Both the position numbers and the translations under genes were made by a program. DNA of 40,000 nucleotides from Hydrogenobacter sp. RSW1 (GTDB lineage: Bacteria > Aquificota > Aquificia > Aquificales > Aquificaceae). The DNA lies in assembly GCA_038009385.1 (NCBI GenBank), contig JBBPCA010000011.1, forward strand, positions 12,479-52,478, in the 5' to 3' direction. This document shows, one piece after another, positions 25,058-33,631 of this stretch. The notes beneath the pieces are model-generated. The model worked only from the letters and a program-made list of their open reading frames with translations, did not search any database and was not told the DNA's origin. The first letter of the stretch is position 1, and every line of letters begins with the position of its first letter.

Positions 25058-25162
25058 GCTATTTTAGCTAAAATTTTAAGAATATTAAGCCTTTATTTTT
25101 CTGAAAATTTAGACAAATTTAGGTTAAAATAACAATGTTTATGATGAGGAGGTGAAAAACAG

Positions 25163-26416
25163 TTGACAATTTATGTTGAAAGGTATATGGAGGACCGGGA
25201 GAGAAACTATGTAGAGCACGAAATAATTCTCCGAAAAGCGGTTTTAAAAATCCCAAGTTCTAACTTTGGGGTGTTTTCCCTTTACAAGTATCCTGCAAAG
25301 TTCATCTCACAGGTGCCTGCCTTTGTGATGGAAAACTATGCTAAAAAAGGCATGAAGGTTTTTGACCCCTTTGCGGGCTTTGGAACGGTGGGCTATACTG
25401 CACGGCTTTATGGGCTTGAGTATGAACTCTGGGACTTAAACCCACTGCTTGAATATTTTCACTCCCTTTGTGAGATAGAGCCTAAACCTTTAGACAAAAG
25501 CTTGGTTGATAAAATCAAAGCTCACTCTCAAGAGTTTATTCCAGACTGGTCTAACCTTGAATACTGGCATCCAGTGGAGTTTATTTCACTTCTCTCTAAG
25601 GCTTGGGGCTTCTATCACAAAGATGCGGACGAATACACTAAAAAACTTCTACTAATTCCCCTTCTAAAGCTTACAAAATATTTCTCTTATGCAGACGAAA
25701 AGGTTCACAAACTTTACAAGTCAAAATATGCCAAAGGGAAGGTTGAAAAGCTGTTAAAGGAAGACTACAAAGCACTATTTTATAGCCTACTCGAAAAGGA
25801 ACTTGGAAATTTACAGCAAAAGCTAAAGGAGTATCAAAGCCTGAATCCCAAAAAGGTAAATTGCAAGGTAAAGGCAGGTGTTGATGTTCTGGAGGAGGAC
25901 TTAGAAGAGCCTGTGAATATTCTAATAACTTCTCCACCCTACCTGCAAGCTCAGGAGTACATAAGGACTACAAAGTTAGAACTTTTTTGGCTGGGCTTTA
26001 AAGAGGACTATATCCGTAGCTTAGCAAAGAAAGAAATTCCATACAGAGATGTTCCAAAAGTTGAAATTTTTTCTGATACATACCATACCTACAGAACACT
26101 TATTGAGGAAAAACATTTGCTTGAACTTTATGACAATTACTTTTTTGCAATTCTTTCTGTATTTAAAAAGCTATCCAAGAAAGTGTTGGATTATATGTTT
26201 ATCTTTGTGGGACCGGCAAAAATAAGAGGGCAGAAAGTCCCAATACATCAGGTCGTCATCCAGCACATGGAAGGCAAGGGTGATTGGGTGCATGAAAGAA
26301 CTTACATAGACAAGATCGTATCAAGGGTTATGTTTTCCACAGAAAAGAACCCTGCCACAGGAATAGAAGACCAAAGGATAGATAAAGAGTATTTAGTAGT
26401 TTTGAAAAGGAGATAA
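25163..26416 (+). CDS. SPPY-motif DNA methyltransferase (m4C or m6A; type II modification enzyme)
   Basis: LYKYPAKFISQVPAFVMENYAKKGMKVFDPFAGFGTVGYTARLYG (motifs X-I) and NILITSPPYLQAQEYIRTTKLELFWLG (motif IV). TTG start preceded by GAGGTGAAAAAC. Confidence 0.9.
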   Translation: MTIYVERYMEDRERNYVEHEIILRKAVLKIPSSNFGVFSLYKYPAKFISQVPAFVMENYAKKGMKVFDPFAGFGTVGYTARLYGLEYELWDLNPLLEYFHSLCEIEPKPLDKSLVDKIKAHSQEFIPDWSNLEYWHPVEFISLLSKAWGFYHKDADEYTKKLLLIPLLKLTKYFSYADEKVHKLYKSKYAKGKVEKLLKEDYKALFYSLLEKELGNLQQKLKEYQSLNPKKVNCKVKAGVDVLEEDLEEPVNILITSPPYLQAQEYIRTTKLELFWLGFKEDYIRSLAKKEIPYRDVPKVEIFSDTYHTYRTLIEEKHLLELYDNYFFAILSVFKKLSKKVLDYMFIFVGPAKIRGQKVPIHQVVIQHMEGKGDWVHERTYIDKIVSRVMFSTEKNPATGIEDQRIDKEYLVVLKRR

Positions 26417-26421
26417 GCTGG

Positions 26422-27359
26422 ATGTTCTTAACAAAGGGACATTTAGCTTCTCCCAACAAGTTTAAGGAGTTAGAAGATTTAAGGAACTTTTTGTCTAAGC
26501 TTAAGGCAGATTATAAACTTCCCTTTGACGAAGAAGATTTATCAATGCTTTTACTGTCCGTTCTTAGATGCGATGATATTAGCAGTAGTTATGGCATACT
26601 GAAGAAAAAAGGGAAAAGGAGATATATAGATGAATTAAAAGTAAAAGCGTGGTTAGAGGAAAAGATCCTGAAATTCTTAAGCTACTACTCTTTTCTATTG
26701 AGATCACTTATAGCATGTTTTTAGGAGAGAGTAGGGCTACTCTAATGCAAAAAGGATTTAGGGAAAGAAGAAGGAGCTTTGAAGCTATAGTGGTGGATCA
26801 ATTTGTAGGAAAGCTCGGAGAGGTTGCGGTCAAAAGATTTTTGGAAGATCATTTCAATGTAAATGTAGAGCTGGACTGGGATATTTCTCCGCAAAGGGAA
26901 AGGCACATAAACGATATAAAGAACGCAAATAAACTTATAAGCATAAAAACTTCTCCAAGTTTGGCAGGTATATGGGCTGAGGCGGATAAGGGATACGGTT
27001 ACGGAATAATGGTTAAATGTTCCGTCCCACTCCATCCTCTTCTGCAGTTCTTTATTGAGGTGTGTGGTTTTAGAAATCTCTTAGACTTCGCCAAAGAAAG
27101 GTTAGGTTCAGAAGCCTTCTATGTGGATAGCATTAGAAATAGAATATTTAGCAGTGCGCAATGCGGTCAGATAAAGACAAACTTTGTATGTTATGTTTGT
27201 GGGTATTTTGAAGTTTCGGATGAAAACCTGAGAAAAGAGGGAGAAATACTTGAATATTTGGGAGAAGTAAGAGAAGAAAGGCACTTGGTTAGGATAGATG
27301 AGCTAAAATATACGCAAGATAGCTGGGGAGAGTTTATAAAGTCAGTGGAGCTTTACTAA
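26422..27359 (+). CDS. candidate restriction endonuclease split by a frameshift (ORFs 26422-26724 and 26649-27359)
   Basis: Overlapping ORFs in -1 relation; second contains VGKLGEVAVKRFLEDHF...HINDIKNANKLISIKTSPSLAG (PD-(D/E)XK-like) directly downstream of the methyltransferase. Confidence 0.55.
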
Positions 27360-27481
27360 AACCTGCAAGAAAGCTCTATCTTCTATAAAGTGGAGATGAA
27401 TTGTGAAAGATTGAACTATACAGAACTTTTGAAGGGAAGATAAAATGCGATGACGATAGTTTTATTTGTGAGTTTTGGTTA

Positions 27482-27598
27482 AGACGAGGAAAAAGAGAAA
27501 GCTACAAGAAGGAAGAAAATAGAAACCTTAGGGTCTGTTTTGAAAATCTTTATGGCTATTTTTTCTTATAACATTTCAAGGTTGGTGAAGGTGGCAAC
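27482..27598 (+). pseudogene. second transposase C-terminal remnant
   Basis: In-frame reading DEEKEKATRRKKIETLGSVLKIFMAIFSYNISRLVKVATQ matches the end of the 24797-25057 remnant. Confidence 0.65.
27536..27591 (+). repeat. direct repeat copy 2
   Basis: TGTTTTGAAAATCTTTATGGCTATTTTTTCTTATAACATTTCAAGGTTGGTGAAGG; near-identical to 24991-25046. Confidence 0.85.
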
Positions 27599-28927
27599 TC
27601 AAGTTATTATAATCTCTCTTCTTATGAGCTTGATAAGTTCATCCATCTCTTTTCTTGTTCTTTTCTCTGTAACTGCCACAAGAAGAGTGTCTTTGTAGCC
27701 AAACCTTTCTAAGGGTATCCCAAACAGGTAGCCTTTTTCAAGAAGTTCTCTATAAAGGTTTGAGACTTTATTTTTCCTTATAGGAAACTCCCACAGATGT
27801 TTTCCCATGTATAACTCTTCAAACCCTAAGGAGACAAGCTTGTCTTTTAGATACATAGCCTTTGAAATGCTCTGTTTTGCAACTTCTCTCATACCTTCCT
27901 TTCCTAAAAGGACCATGTAGATGAGGTTTGCAAGAGCCATGAGATTTTGGTTTGTACATATGTTTGATGTGGCCCTTTCTCTTCTTATGTGTTGCTCCCT
28001 TGTCTGAAGCACAAGAGTAAAAGCCCTCTTTCCATCTATATCTTCTCCAAGTCCCACAAGCCTTCCTGGCATCTTCCTTAAGTGTTCTACCTTTACAGCA
28101 AAAAAACCCACATAAGGTCCACCAAAGCTTAAAGGCAGTCCCATCTGTTGCCCTTCACCGACCACTATGTCCGCTCCGTAATCTCCTGGAGGTCTAAGTA
28201 CGGAAAGAGCTATGGGATCTGCGACTACTACAAAGGGTACCTGATAGCTCTTTACTGTTTTTCCTATTTCTTCCAGAGGCTCAACAAAACCTAAAAAGTT
28301 AGGGTACTGCACCGCTACCGCATGAACTTCACCCCTTTTGAGGGAGTCATCCAGGAGTTTAACATCTGTGTATCCGTTTTCTCCAATAGGTATTAAATCT
28401 ACCTCATCCTGATAGCCCAAAAGGTAAGTCTTTACAACTTCCCTGTAGAGGGGGTTTATACCTTCTGAAAGTAGAACTCTACTCCCCTTGCCCTTTATAG
28501 CTCTTGCCATAAGGATGGCAGATGCCAAAGCTGAAGCACCATCGTACATGCTTGCATTGGCTACATCCATACCTGTAAGCTCGCATATGAGTGTTTGGTA
28601 CTCAAAAATAGCTTGAAGTGTACCTTGGGACGCTTCGGCCTGATAGGGCGTGTATGCGGTTAAAAACTCCCCCCTGCTAAGTATCTGCCATACCGCAGAG
28701 GGTATTATCCTGTCGTAAGCTCCAAACCCGGCAAAACACACAAGCTCCCTGTTTCCTTTGGATAGCTCCTTAAAATACCTCCTTACTTCTTCTTCAGTCA
28801 TAGGCGGTTCTAAGTTGGGGGATTCTAAAAGATGAGGGTCTATATGGGAGAAAAGATCATCTAAGGATGAAAGTCCAAGTTGTTCTAAGGCTCTCTGCAG
28901 GTCATCCTGCGAGTGGGGTATGTACAT
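27599..28927 (-). CDS. gcvPA: glycine dehydrogenase (decarboxylating) subunit 1
   Basis: FAGFGAYDRIIPSAVWQI, TAYTPYQAEASQGTLQAIFEYQT, SKAMYLKDKL; 442 aa. Confidence 0.95.
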   Translation of the reverse strand: MYIPHSQDDLQRALEQLGLSSLDDLFSHIDPHLLESPNLEPPMTEEEVRRYFKELSKGNRELVCFAGFGAYDRIIPSAVWQILSRGEFLTAYTPYQAEASQGTLQAIFEYQTLICELTGMDVANASMYDGASALASAILMARAIKGKGSRVLLSEGINPLYREVVKTYLLGYQDEVDLIPIGENGYTDVKLLDDSLKRGEVHAVAVQYPNFLGFVEPLEEIGKTVKSYQVPFVVVADPIALSVLRPPGDYGADIVVGEGQQMGLPLSFGGPYVGFFAVKVEHLRKMPGRLVGLGEDIDGKRAFTLVLQTREQHIRRERATSNICTNQNLMALANLIYMVLLGKEGMREVAKQSISKAMYLKDKLVSLGFEELYMGKHLWEFPIRKNKVSNLYRELLEKGYLFGIPLERFGYKDTLLVAVTEKRTRKEMDELIKLIRREIIIT

Positions 28928-29457
28928 TACCTTTCCTTCTCTTCGTAAGGATGTTCCTCTTCAGGGAGCGCTTCAAGGGATTCTTCTATGGTAGGAGTTA
29001 TTTCTTCTTCTGGTATCTCAAGGGATATATTCTCTCCCTTTTCCTCTTTTACTATCTCAACAAGCAGCTCAGCATAATCCTGCGCAGGCATAAGGTCTTC
29101 CACCTCCATAGGGTCGGAAAGCTCAAGCACCGCTATCCATCCATCATCGTATGGTGATTCGTTTATAAGGTGTGGCTCATCTGAAAGTTGTTCGTTAACT
29201 TCCACAACCGTGCCAGACAGGGGTGAGTATACGGGTGCCACATTTTTAACAGATTCTATGTTAGCAATGGTGTCCGCACTCTCAAAGCTTTGTCCTACAG
29301 AGGGCAGGTCTACATAGACTATGTCCCCCAGTTCCTTCTGGGCATAGTCCGTTATACCTATCCATGCCTTGTTTCCTTTAATGAGAGCCCATTCGTGGTC
29401 TTTGGTGTAATACCTGTCTGTTCTTACCGTATACTTTCCAACAGTTATCTCATCCAT
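28927..29457 (-). CDS. gcvH: glycine cleavage system H protein
   Basis: YTKDHEWALIKGNKAWIGITDYAQKELGDIVYVDLP, ESVKNVAPVYSPLSGTVVEVN, YDDGWI. Confidence 0.94.
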   Translation of the reverse strand: MDEITVGKYTVRTDRYYTKDHEWALIKGNKAWIGITDYAQKELGDIVYVDLPSVGQSFESADTIANIESVKNVAPVYSPLSGTVVEVNEQLSDEPHLINESPYDDGWIAVLELSDPMEVEDLMPAQDYAELLVEIVKEEKGENISLEIPEEEITPTIEESLEALPEEEHPYEEKER

Positions 29458-29950
29458 GACAAACCTCCTGTAAAACCTCGTAATCTATTCCGTATTCTTC
29501 TTTTACCAACTTCATCACATCCAAAAAGTCCATCTCTTCATTTATAAACTTTTCCATAGTTCTAATTATATAGTCCAAGTCTATAAGCTTCAGGAGAGCT
29601 ATACCTTTCCAACACCTTTCTGCGGTCAAGAGGTTTTTTCGTCTTTGGCTTATGAAGTTTAGTATTTTTTCCTTGGTGATAAGTTCCTTGCCGTCAAGCA
29701 CAAGCACATCGTGTCCCCTGAGTTTTCTCAACCCTTTGTATATTCCATAAAGAAGGGTTCCCTTATCGTTTCTCATAAAAACCAGTTCGGGAAACTTGTC
29801 AAATAGGTGTTTCATCTCTGATGTTATCACTGCGTAAAGGCTGTCTGGACCTACAAACTTCTTCAGAAGGCTTAACTCTCTTTCCAGTTTGCTTACCAAT
29901 CTCTGGTCCTCCGTGAGCTTTGCGTACAAGACTATAAGAACTTTTATCAT
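29450..29950 (-). CDS. hypothetical protein
   Basis: 166 aa ORF overlapping the gcvH start by 8 bp. Confidence 0.65.
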   Translation of the reverse strand: MIKVLIVLYAKLTEDQRLVSKLERELSLLKKFVGPDSLYAVITSEMKHLFDKFPELVFMRNDKGTLLYGIYKGLRKLRGHDVLVLDGKELITKEKILNFISQRRKNLLTAERCWKGIALLKLIDLDYIIRTMEKFINEEMDFLDVMKLVKEEYGIDYEVLQEVCHG

Positions 29951-29992
29951 CAGTTATAATATTATAAGGTTTGCTTGCTTTTGGAGGTGGAA

Positions 29993-31099
29993 ATGTCTAA
30001 GAAAATAAAAGTTGCCATAGTAGGAGTAGGTAATTGTGCAAGCTCCCTTGTTCAAGGTATCTACTATTATAAAAAAAACCAAAATGCTAATGTGAACGGT
30101 CTTATGTTTGAAGATGTGGGAGGGTACAAACCGTATGATGTTGAGGTAGTCGCCGCTTGGGACATTGACGCTCGTAAAGTAGGTAAAGATTTATCAGAGG
30201 CCATATTCTCACCACCTAACTGTACAGCCATTTTTGAAAGGGACATTCCCAAAAAAGGTGTAAAAGTCAGGATGGGAAAAGTTCTTGATGGTTTAGCAGA
30301 GCACATGAAACACTATCCACCAGAGAGAAGTTTTGTGCTTGCGGAAGAAAAGGAGGATGAACTTGAAGATGTAGTAAGGGTTTTGAAAGAAACAGGAGCT
30401 GAAATACTCATTAACTATGTTCCAGTAGGTTCTGAGCAAGCTGCAAGGTTTTATGCAGAAGCTTGCTTAAAAGCAGGGGTATCTTTTATCAACGGTATGC
30501 CTGCTTTTATAGTTTCTGATCCAGAGTGGGCTGAAAGGTTTGAAAAAGAAGGTATTCCGGTAGTAGGAGATGACATAAAGTCTCAGGTGGGAGCTACCAT
30601 ACTTCACAGGTCTCTTGTTCAACTTTTTATAGACAGAGGTGTAAAGATAGAAAGGACTTACCAACTTAACTTTGGTGGCAATACAGACTTTTTGAATATG
30701 TTAGAGAGAGAAAGGCTAAAAACAAAGAAACAATCTAAAACTCAGGCAGTTTCTTCTCTGATCCCTTATCCTATAAGTGAGTACGACATACACATAGGAC
30801 CTTCTGATTGGGTACCTTGGCTAAATGACAGAAAGATAGCTTACATAAGGATAGAAGGCAAGCAGTTTGGTGATGTTCCCATGTATGTAGAGTTAAAGCT
30901 TGATGTAGAAGATTCCCCAAATAGTGCAGGTTCTATGATGGATGCCATAAGATGTTGTAAGCTTGCAAGAGACAGAGGCATAGGTGGACCACTGTATTCT
31001 ATCAGTGCCTACACCATGAAACATCCTCCTGTGCAGTATCCAGACTTTCAAGCAAGAAAGATGGTAGAAGAGTTCATAAGGGGCGAAAGGGAAAGATGA
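29993..31099 (+). CDS. inositol-3-phosphate synthase family protein
   Basis: KVAIVGVGNCASSLVQGI, NYVPVGSEQAARFYAEACL, FINGMPAFIVSDPEW, DDIKSQVGATILHR, NFGGNTDFLNM; ATG at 29993 with GGAGGTGG upstream. Confidence 0.9.
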   Translation: MSKKIKVAIVGVGNCASSLVQGIYYYKKNQNANVNGLMFEDVGGYKPYDVEVVAAWDIDARKVGKDLSEAIFSPPNCTAIFERDIPKKGVKVRMGKVLDGLAEHMKHYPPERSFVLAEEKEDELEDVVRVLKETGAEILINYVPVGSEQAARFYAEACLKAGVSFINGMPAFIVSDPEWAERFEKEGIPVVGDDIKSQVGATILHRSLVQLFIDRGVKIERTYQLNFGGNTDFLNMLERERLKTKKQSKTQAVSSLIPYPISEYDIHIGPSDWVPWLNDRKIAYIRIEGKQFGDVPMYVELKLDVEDSPNSAGSMMDAIRCCKLARDRGIGGPLYSISAYTMKHPPVQYPDFQARKMVEEFIRGERER

Positions 31100-31117
31100 A
31101 AAATACGGGGGATATGC

Positions 31118-31726
31118 TTGGCTTTTGAAGACATTTTCCCCAAGCCTATTAAAGAAGCCATAGAGAGCATAACCAAAATACCCACCTACGGTGAGAGGGG
31201 TGCCAGCAGGTTTGTTTACAACCTTCTTAAAGTTCTACCAGAGGATAAAACCCTTATAGTGGATACGCTTCAAAACTTGGTAAAAAGCATCAAAAATTGT
31301 TCTGAATGTGGGATACTCACAGACAGAGATGTGTGCGCCATATGTTCTGACAGTAAACGCAGTAAAAAATTCATATGCGTAGTTGAGGAGTCCCAGGACG
31401 CTTATGCCATAGAAAAACTTGAAAGATACACCGGTGTTTATCACATCCTAGGTGGCAGGATAGCACCGCTGGAAGGTATATCTGCCCAAGAACTTAGCAT
31501 AGACAAACTTCTTGAAAGAATAGAAAAATACAAACCTAAGGAGGTTATAATAGCAACCAACCCAAATGTGGAAGGTGAAGCAACAGCCAATTACATTATA
31601 AAATTACTAAGAAAACAATTTCCCCATCTGAAGATAACGAGAATATCCTATGGACTGCAGTTTGGCAGTTTCATTGAGTTTGCAGATGAGATTTCCCTTG
31701 AAAAGTCCTTAGAAAACAGGAAGTAA
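31118..31726 (+). CDS. recR: recombination mediator protein RecR (TTG start)
   Basis: CSECGILTDRDVCAICSD zinc finger, CVVEESQDAYAIEK, YHILGGRIAPLEGI toprim region. Confidence 0.93.
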   Translation: MAFEDIFPKPIKEAIESITKIPTYGERGASRFVYNLLKVLPEDKTLIVDTLQNLVKSIKNCSECGILTDRDVCAICSDSKRSKKFICVVEESQDAYAIEKLERYTGVYHILGGRIAPLEGISAQELSIDKLLERIEKYKPKEVIIATNPNVEGEATANYIIKLLRKQFPHLKITRISYGLQFGSFIEFADEISLEKSLENRK

Positions 31727-31799
31727 ATTCTATTTATTTTTAGAACAGCCTCCATTACTCTATAGACAACTTTTCTCAAGAGAGGTTAAAATAATTATC

Positions 31800-32216
31800 A
31801 TGACTGGGTACGAGACAATAAACTATCTGAGTCTTATAACTATAGGGATAAGTGGACTCTCTATAATTGCCGGGCTTTACTTTATTAAGACGGGGAGAAG
31901 AGAATTACACAGAAAAGCTATGATAAATGCATCTGTGTTTGCCCTTTTGTTTGTAGCTCTTTACCTTCTAAAAAACGCCCTTTTCCCCACTTCTAAGTAT
32001 GAAGGACCATACAGAAGCCTTTTCTTGTTTATACTTTGGTCGCATACTGCACTTGCTATACTGAACTTTCCCCTTGCTGTGATCACTTTAAGATACGCTT
32101 TAAAAGGGGTTTTTGATAAACACAAGAGGATAGCACCCATCACTGCAGGGGTTTGGCTTTATGTGGCTTTTACTGGCTGGCTCATATACTTCTTTATGCA
32201 GTGGTTAAACCAGTGA
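31800..32216 (+). CDS. DUF420-like membrane protein
   Basis: 138 aa, four hydrophobic segments; LYLLKNALFP..., ILWSHTALAILNFPLAVITL, HKRIAPITAGVWLYVAFTGWLIY. Confidence 0.8.
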   Translation: MTGYETINYLSLITIGISGLSIIAGLYFIKTGRRELHRKAMINASVFALLFVALYLLKNALFPTSKYEGPYRSLFLFILWSHTALAILNFPLAVITLRYALKGVFDKHKRIAPITAGVWLYVAFTGWLIYFFMQWLNQ

Positions 32217-32669
32217 ATGGGAACACCCATCGCACACGCCAAATATCTCAAGTCTGTGATTGATGGGGGTAAATTTATACTCCTCACAAACCTTGTCTTG
32301 GATTTCCTCTATGTCCTCTCTATAAAACTCTATGATCTTACCGCACTTTACACATATGAGATGTTCGTGGTGAGGCTTACCTGCGATAAACTCGTATATG
32401 GTCCTGTTACCGAGTTTTATAACTTCCCTTATAGCACCAAACTCTTGAAGAAGCTTAACAGTTCTGTATATGGTAGACCTTGAAGCCACACCCTTATCTT
32501 GATTGCTCACCCACACAACAAGCTGTTCTATTTCAAAGTGAGATCCATAACTTGCTATCTTGTCTATAAGCTCAAGCCGGCTTTTGGTAACCTTATAACC
32601 CTTTTGTTTGAGAAACTGTTCAAACTTCTGTTTCAATTCATCTAGCTGCATACCATTAATATAGCTCAA
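32205..32669 (-). CDS. Fur/PerR-family transcriptional regulator
   Basis: RLELIDKIASYGSHFEIEQLV, ASRSTIYRTVKLLQE, HHEHLICVKCGKIIEF, EIFGVCDGC. Confidence 0.92.
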   Translation of the reverse strand: MSYINGMQLDELKQKFEQFLKQKGYKVTKSRLELIDKIASYGSHFEIEQLVVWVSNQDKGVASRSTIYRTVKLLQEFGAIREVIKLGNRTIYEFIAGKPHHEHLICVKCGKIIEFYREDIEEIQDKVCEEYKFTPINHRLEIFGVCDGCSHSLV

Positions 32670-32716
32670 ATGAATTTCATTTGCAATAATTTTGTTTATG
32701 TATAATAGGAACTATC

Positions 32717-33631
32717 ATGAGGCTTAGAATAGGAACAAGAAAGAGTAAGCTTGCTCTGTGGCAGGCTAACTTTATCAAAGAGAAACTTGAAAAAAGAGGG
32801 CATAAGGTAGAGTTGGTGCTTATAACCACATCGGGAGACAAAATCCAAGATGTACCCCTTGCTAAGATAGGGGGTAAGGGGCTTTTCGTAAAGGAAATAG
32901 AGGAAGCACTTATGCGGAAAGAAATAGACCTAGCGGTTCACTCCCTAAAGGATGTTCCCATGACATTACCCGAAGGGCTCACTATAGGTGCCATAACAGA
33001 AAGGGAAAATCCTTTTGATGTGCTTATATCCTTAAAAGGTGTTCATTTTGAAGATTTGCCGCAAGGTGCAAAAGTAGGTACATCTTCTCTAAGAAGGCAG
33101 GTTCAGATAAAGAGAAGGAGGAGAGACCTAAAGGTAGAAACCTTAAGGGGTAATGTGGACACAAGGCTCAGAAAGCTTCAGGAAGGGTTTTACGACGCTA
33201 TTATATTAGCTTATGCAGGCGTAAAGAGGATGGGCATGGAGGATAAAATAACACAGGTACTTGAGGACTTTATCCCAGCAGTAGGACAAGGTTCCTTAGC
33301 TATAGAAATAAGGGAAGATGATCGGGATGTTTGGCAGGTCGTGAGGAACCTTGATCACACAGAAAGTAGAACAAGGGCAGAGTGTGAGAGAGCTTTCCTT
33401 AGGGAGCTTCAGGGTGGTTGCCAAGTACCCATAGGTGCATACTCTTGGATAGAAGGTGATAATATACTCATCAAAGGCTTTGTCTCTGACCTTGAAGGGA
33501 TTAAATTTATAGAAGGTATGAAAAGTGCAGGCATGAAATGTGCAGAACAAATAGGTGCACAGCTGGCAAGGGAATTGCTCAGTAAGGGTGCTGAGGAAAT
33601 ACTCAGGGGGATTTATGGATGGAACACATAG
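32717..33631 (+). CDS. hemC: hydroxymethylbilane synthase (porphobilinogen deaminase)
   Basis: [69 protein letters not shown]. Confidence 0.97.
   Translation: MRLRIGTRKSKLALWQANFIKEKLEKRGHKVELVLITTSGDKIQDVPLAKIGGKGLFVKEIEEALMRKEIDLAVHSLKDVPMTLPEGLTIGAITERENPFDVLISLKGVHFEDLPQGAKVGTSSLRRQVQIKRRRRDLKVETLRGNVDTRLRKLQEGFYDAIILAYAGVKRMGMEDKITQVLEDFIPAVGQGSLAIEIREDDRDVWQVVRNLDHTESRTRAECERAFLRELQGGCQVPIGAYSWIEGDNILIKGFVSDLEGIKFIEGMKSAGMKCAEQIGAQLARELLSKGAEEILRGIYGWNT

Noticed and set aside
26649-27359. Independent gene starting at GTG 26649
   Set aside because: No Shine-Dalgarno, and the start lies inside the upstream ORF; better explained as the second part of a frameshifted nuclease, though not excluded.
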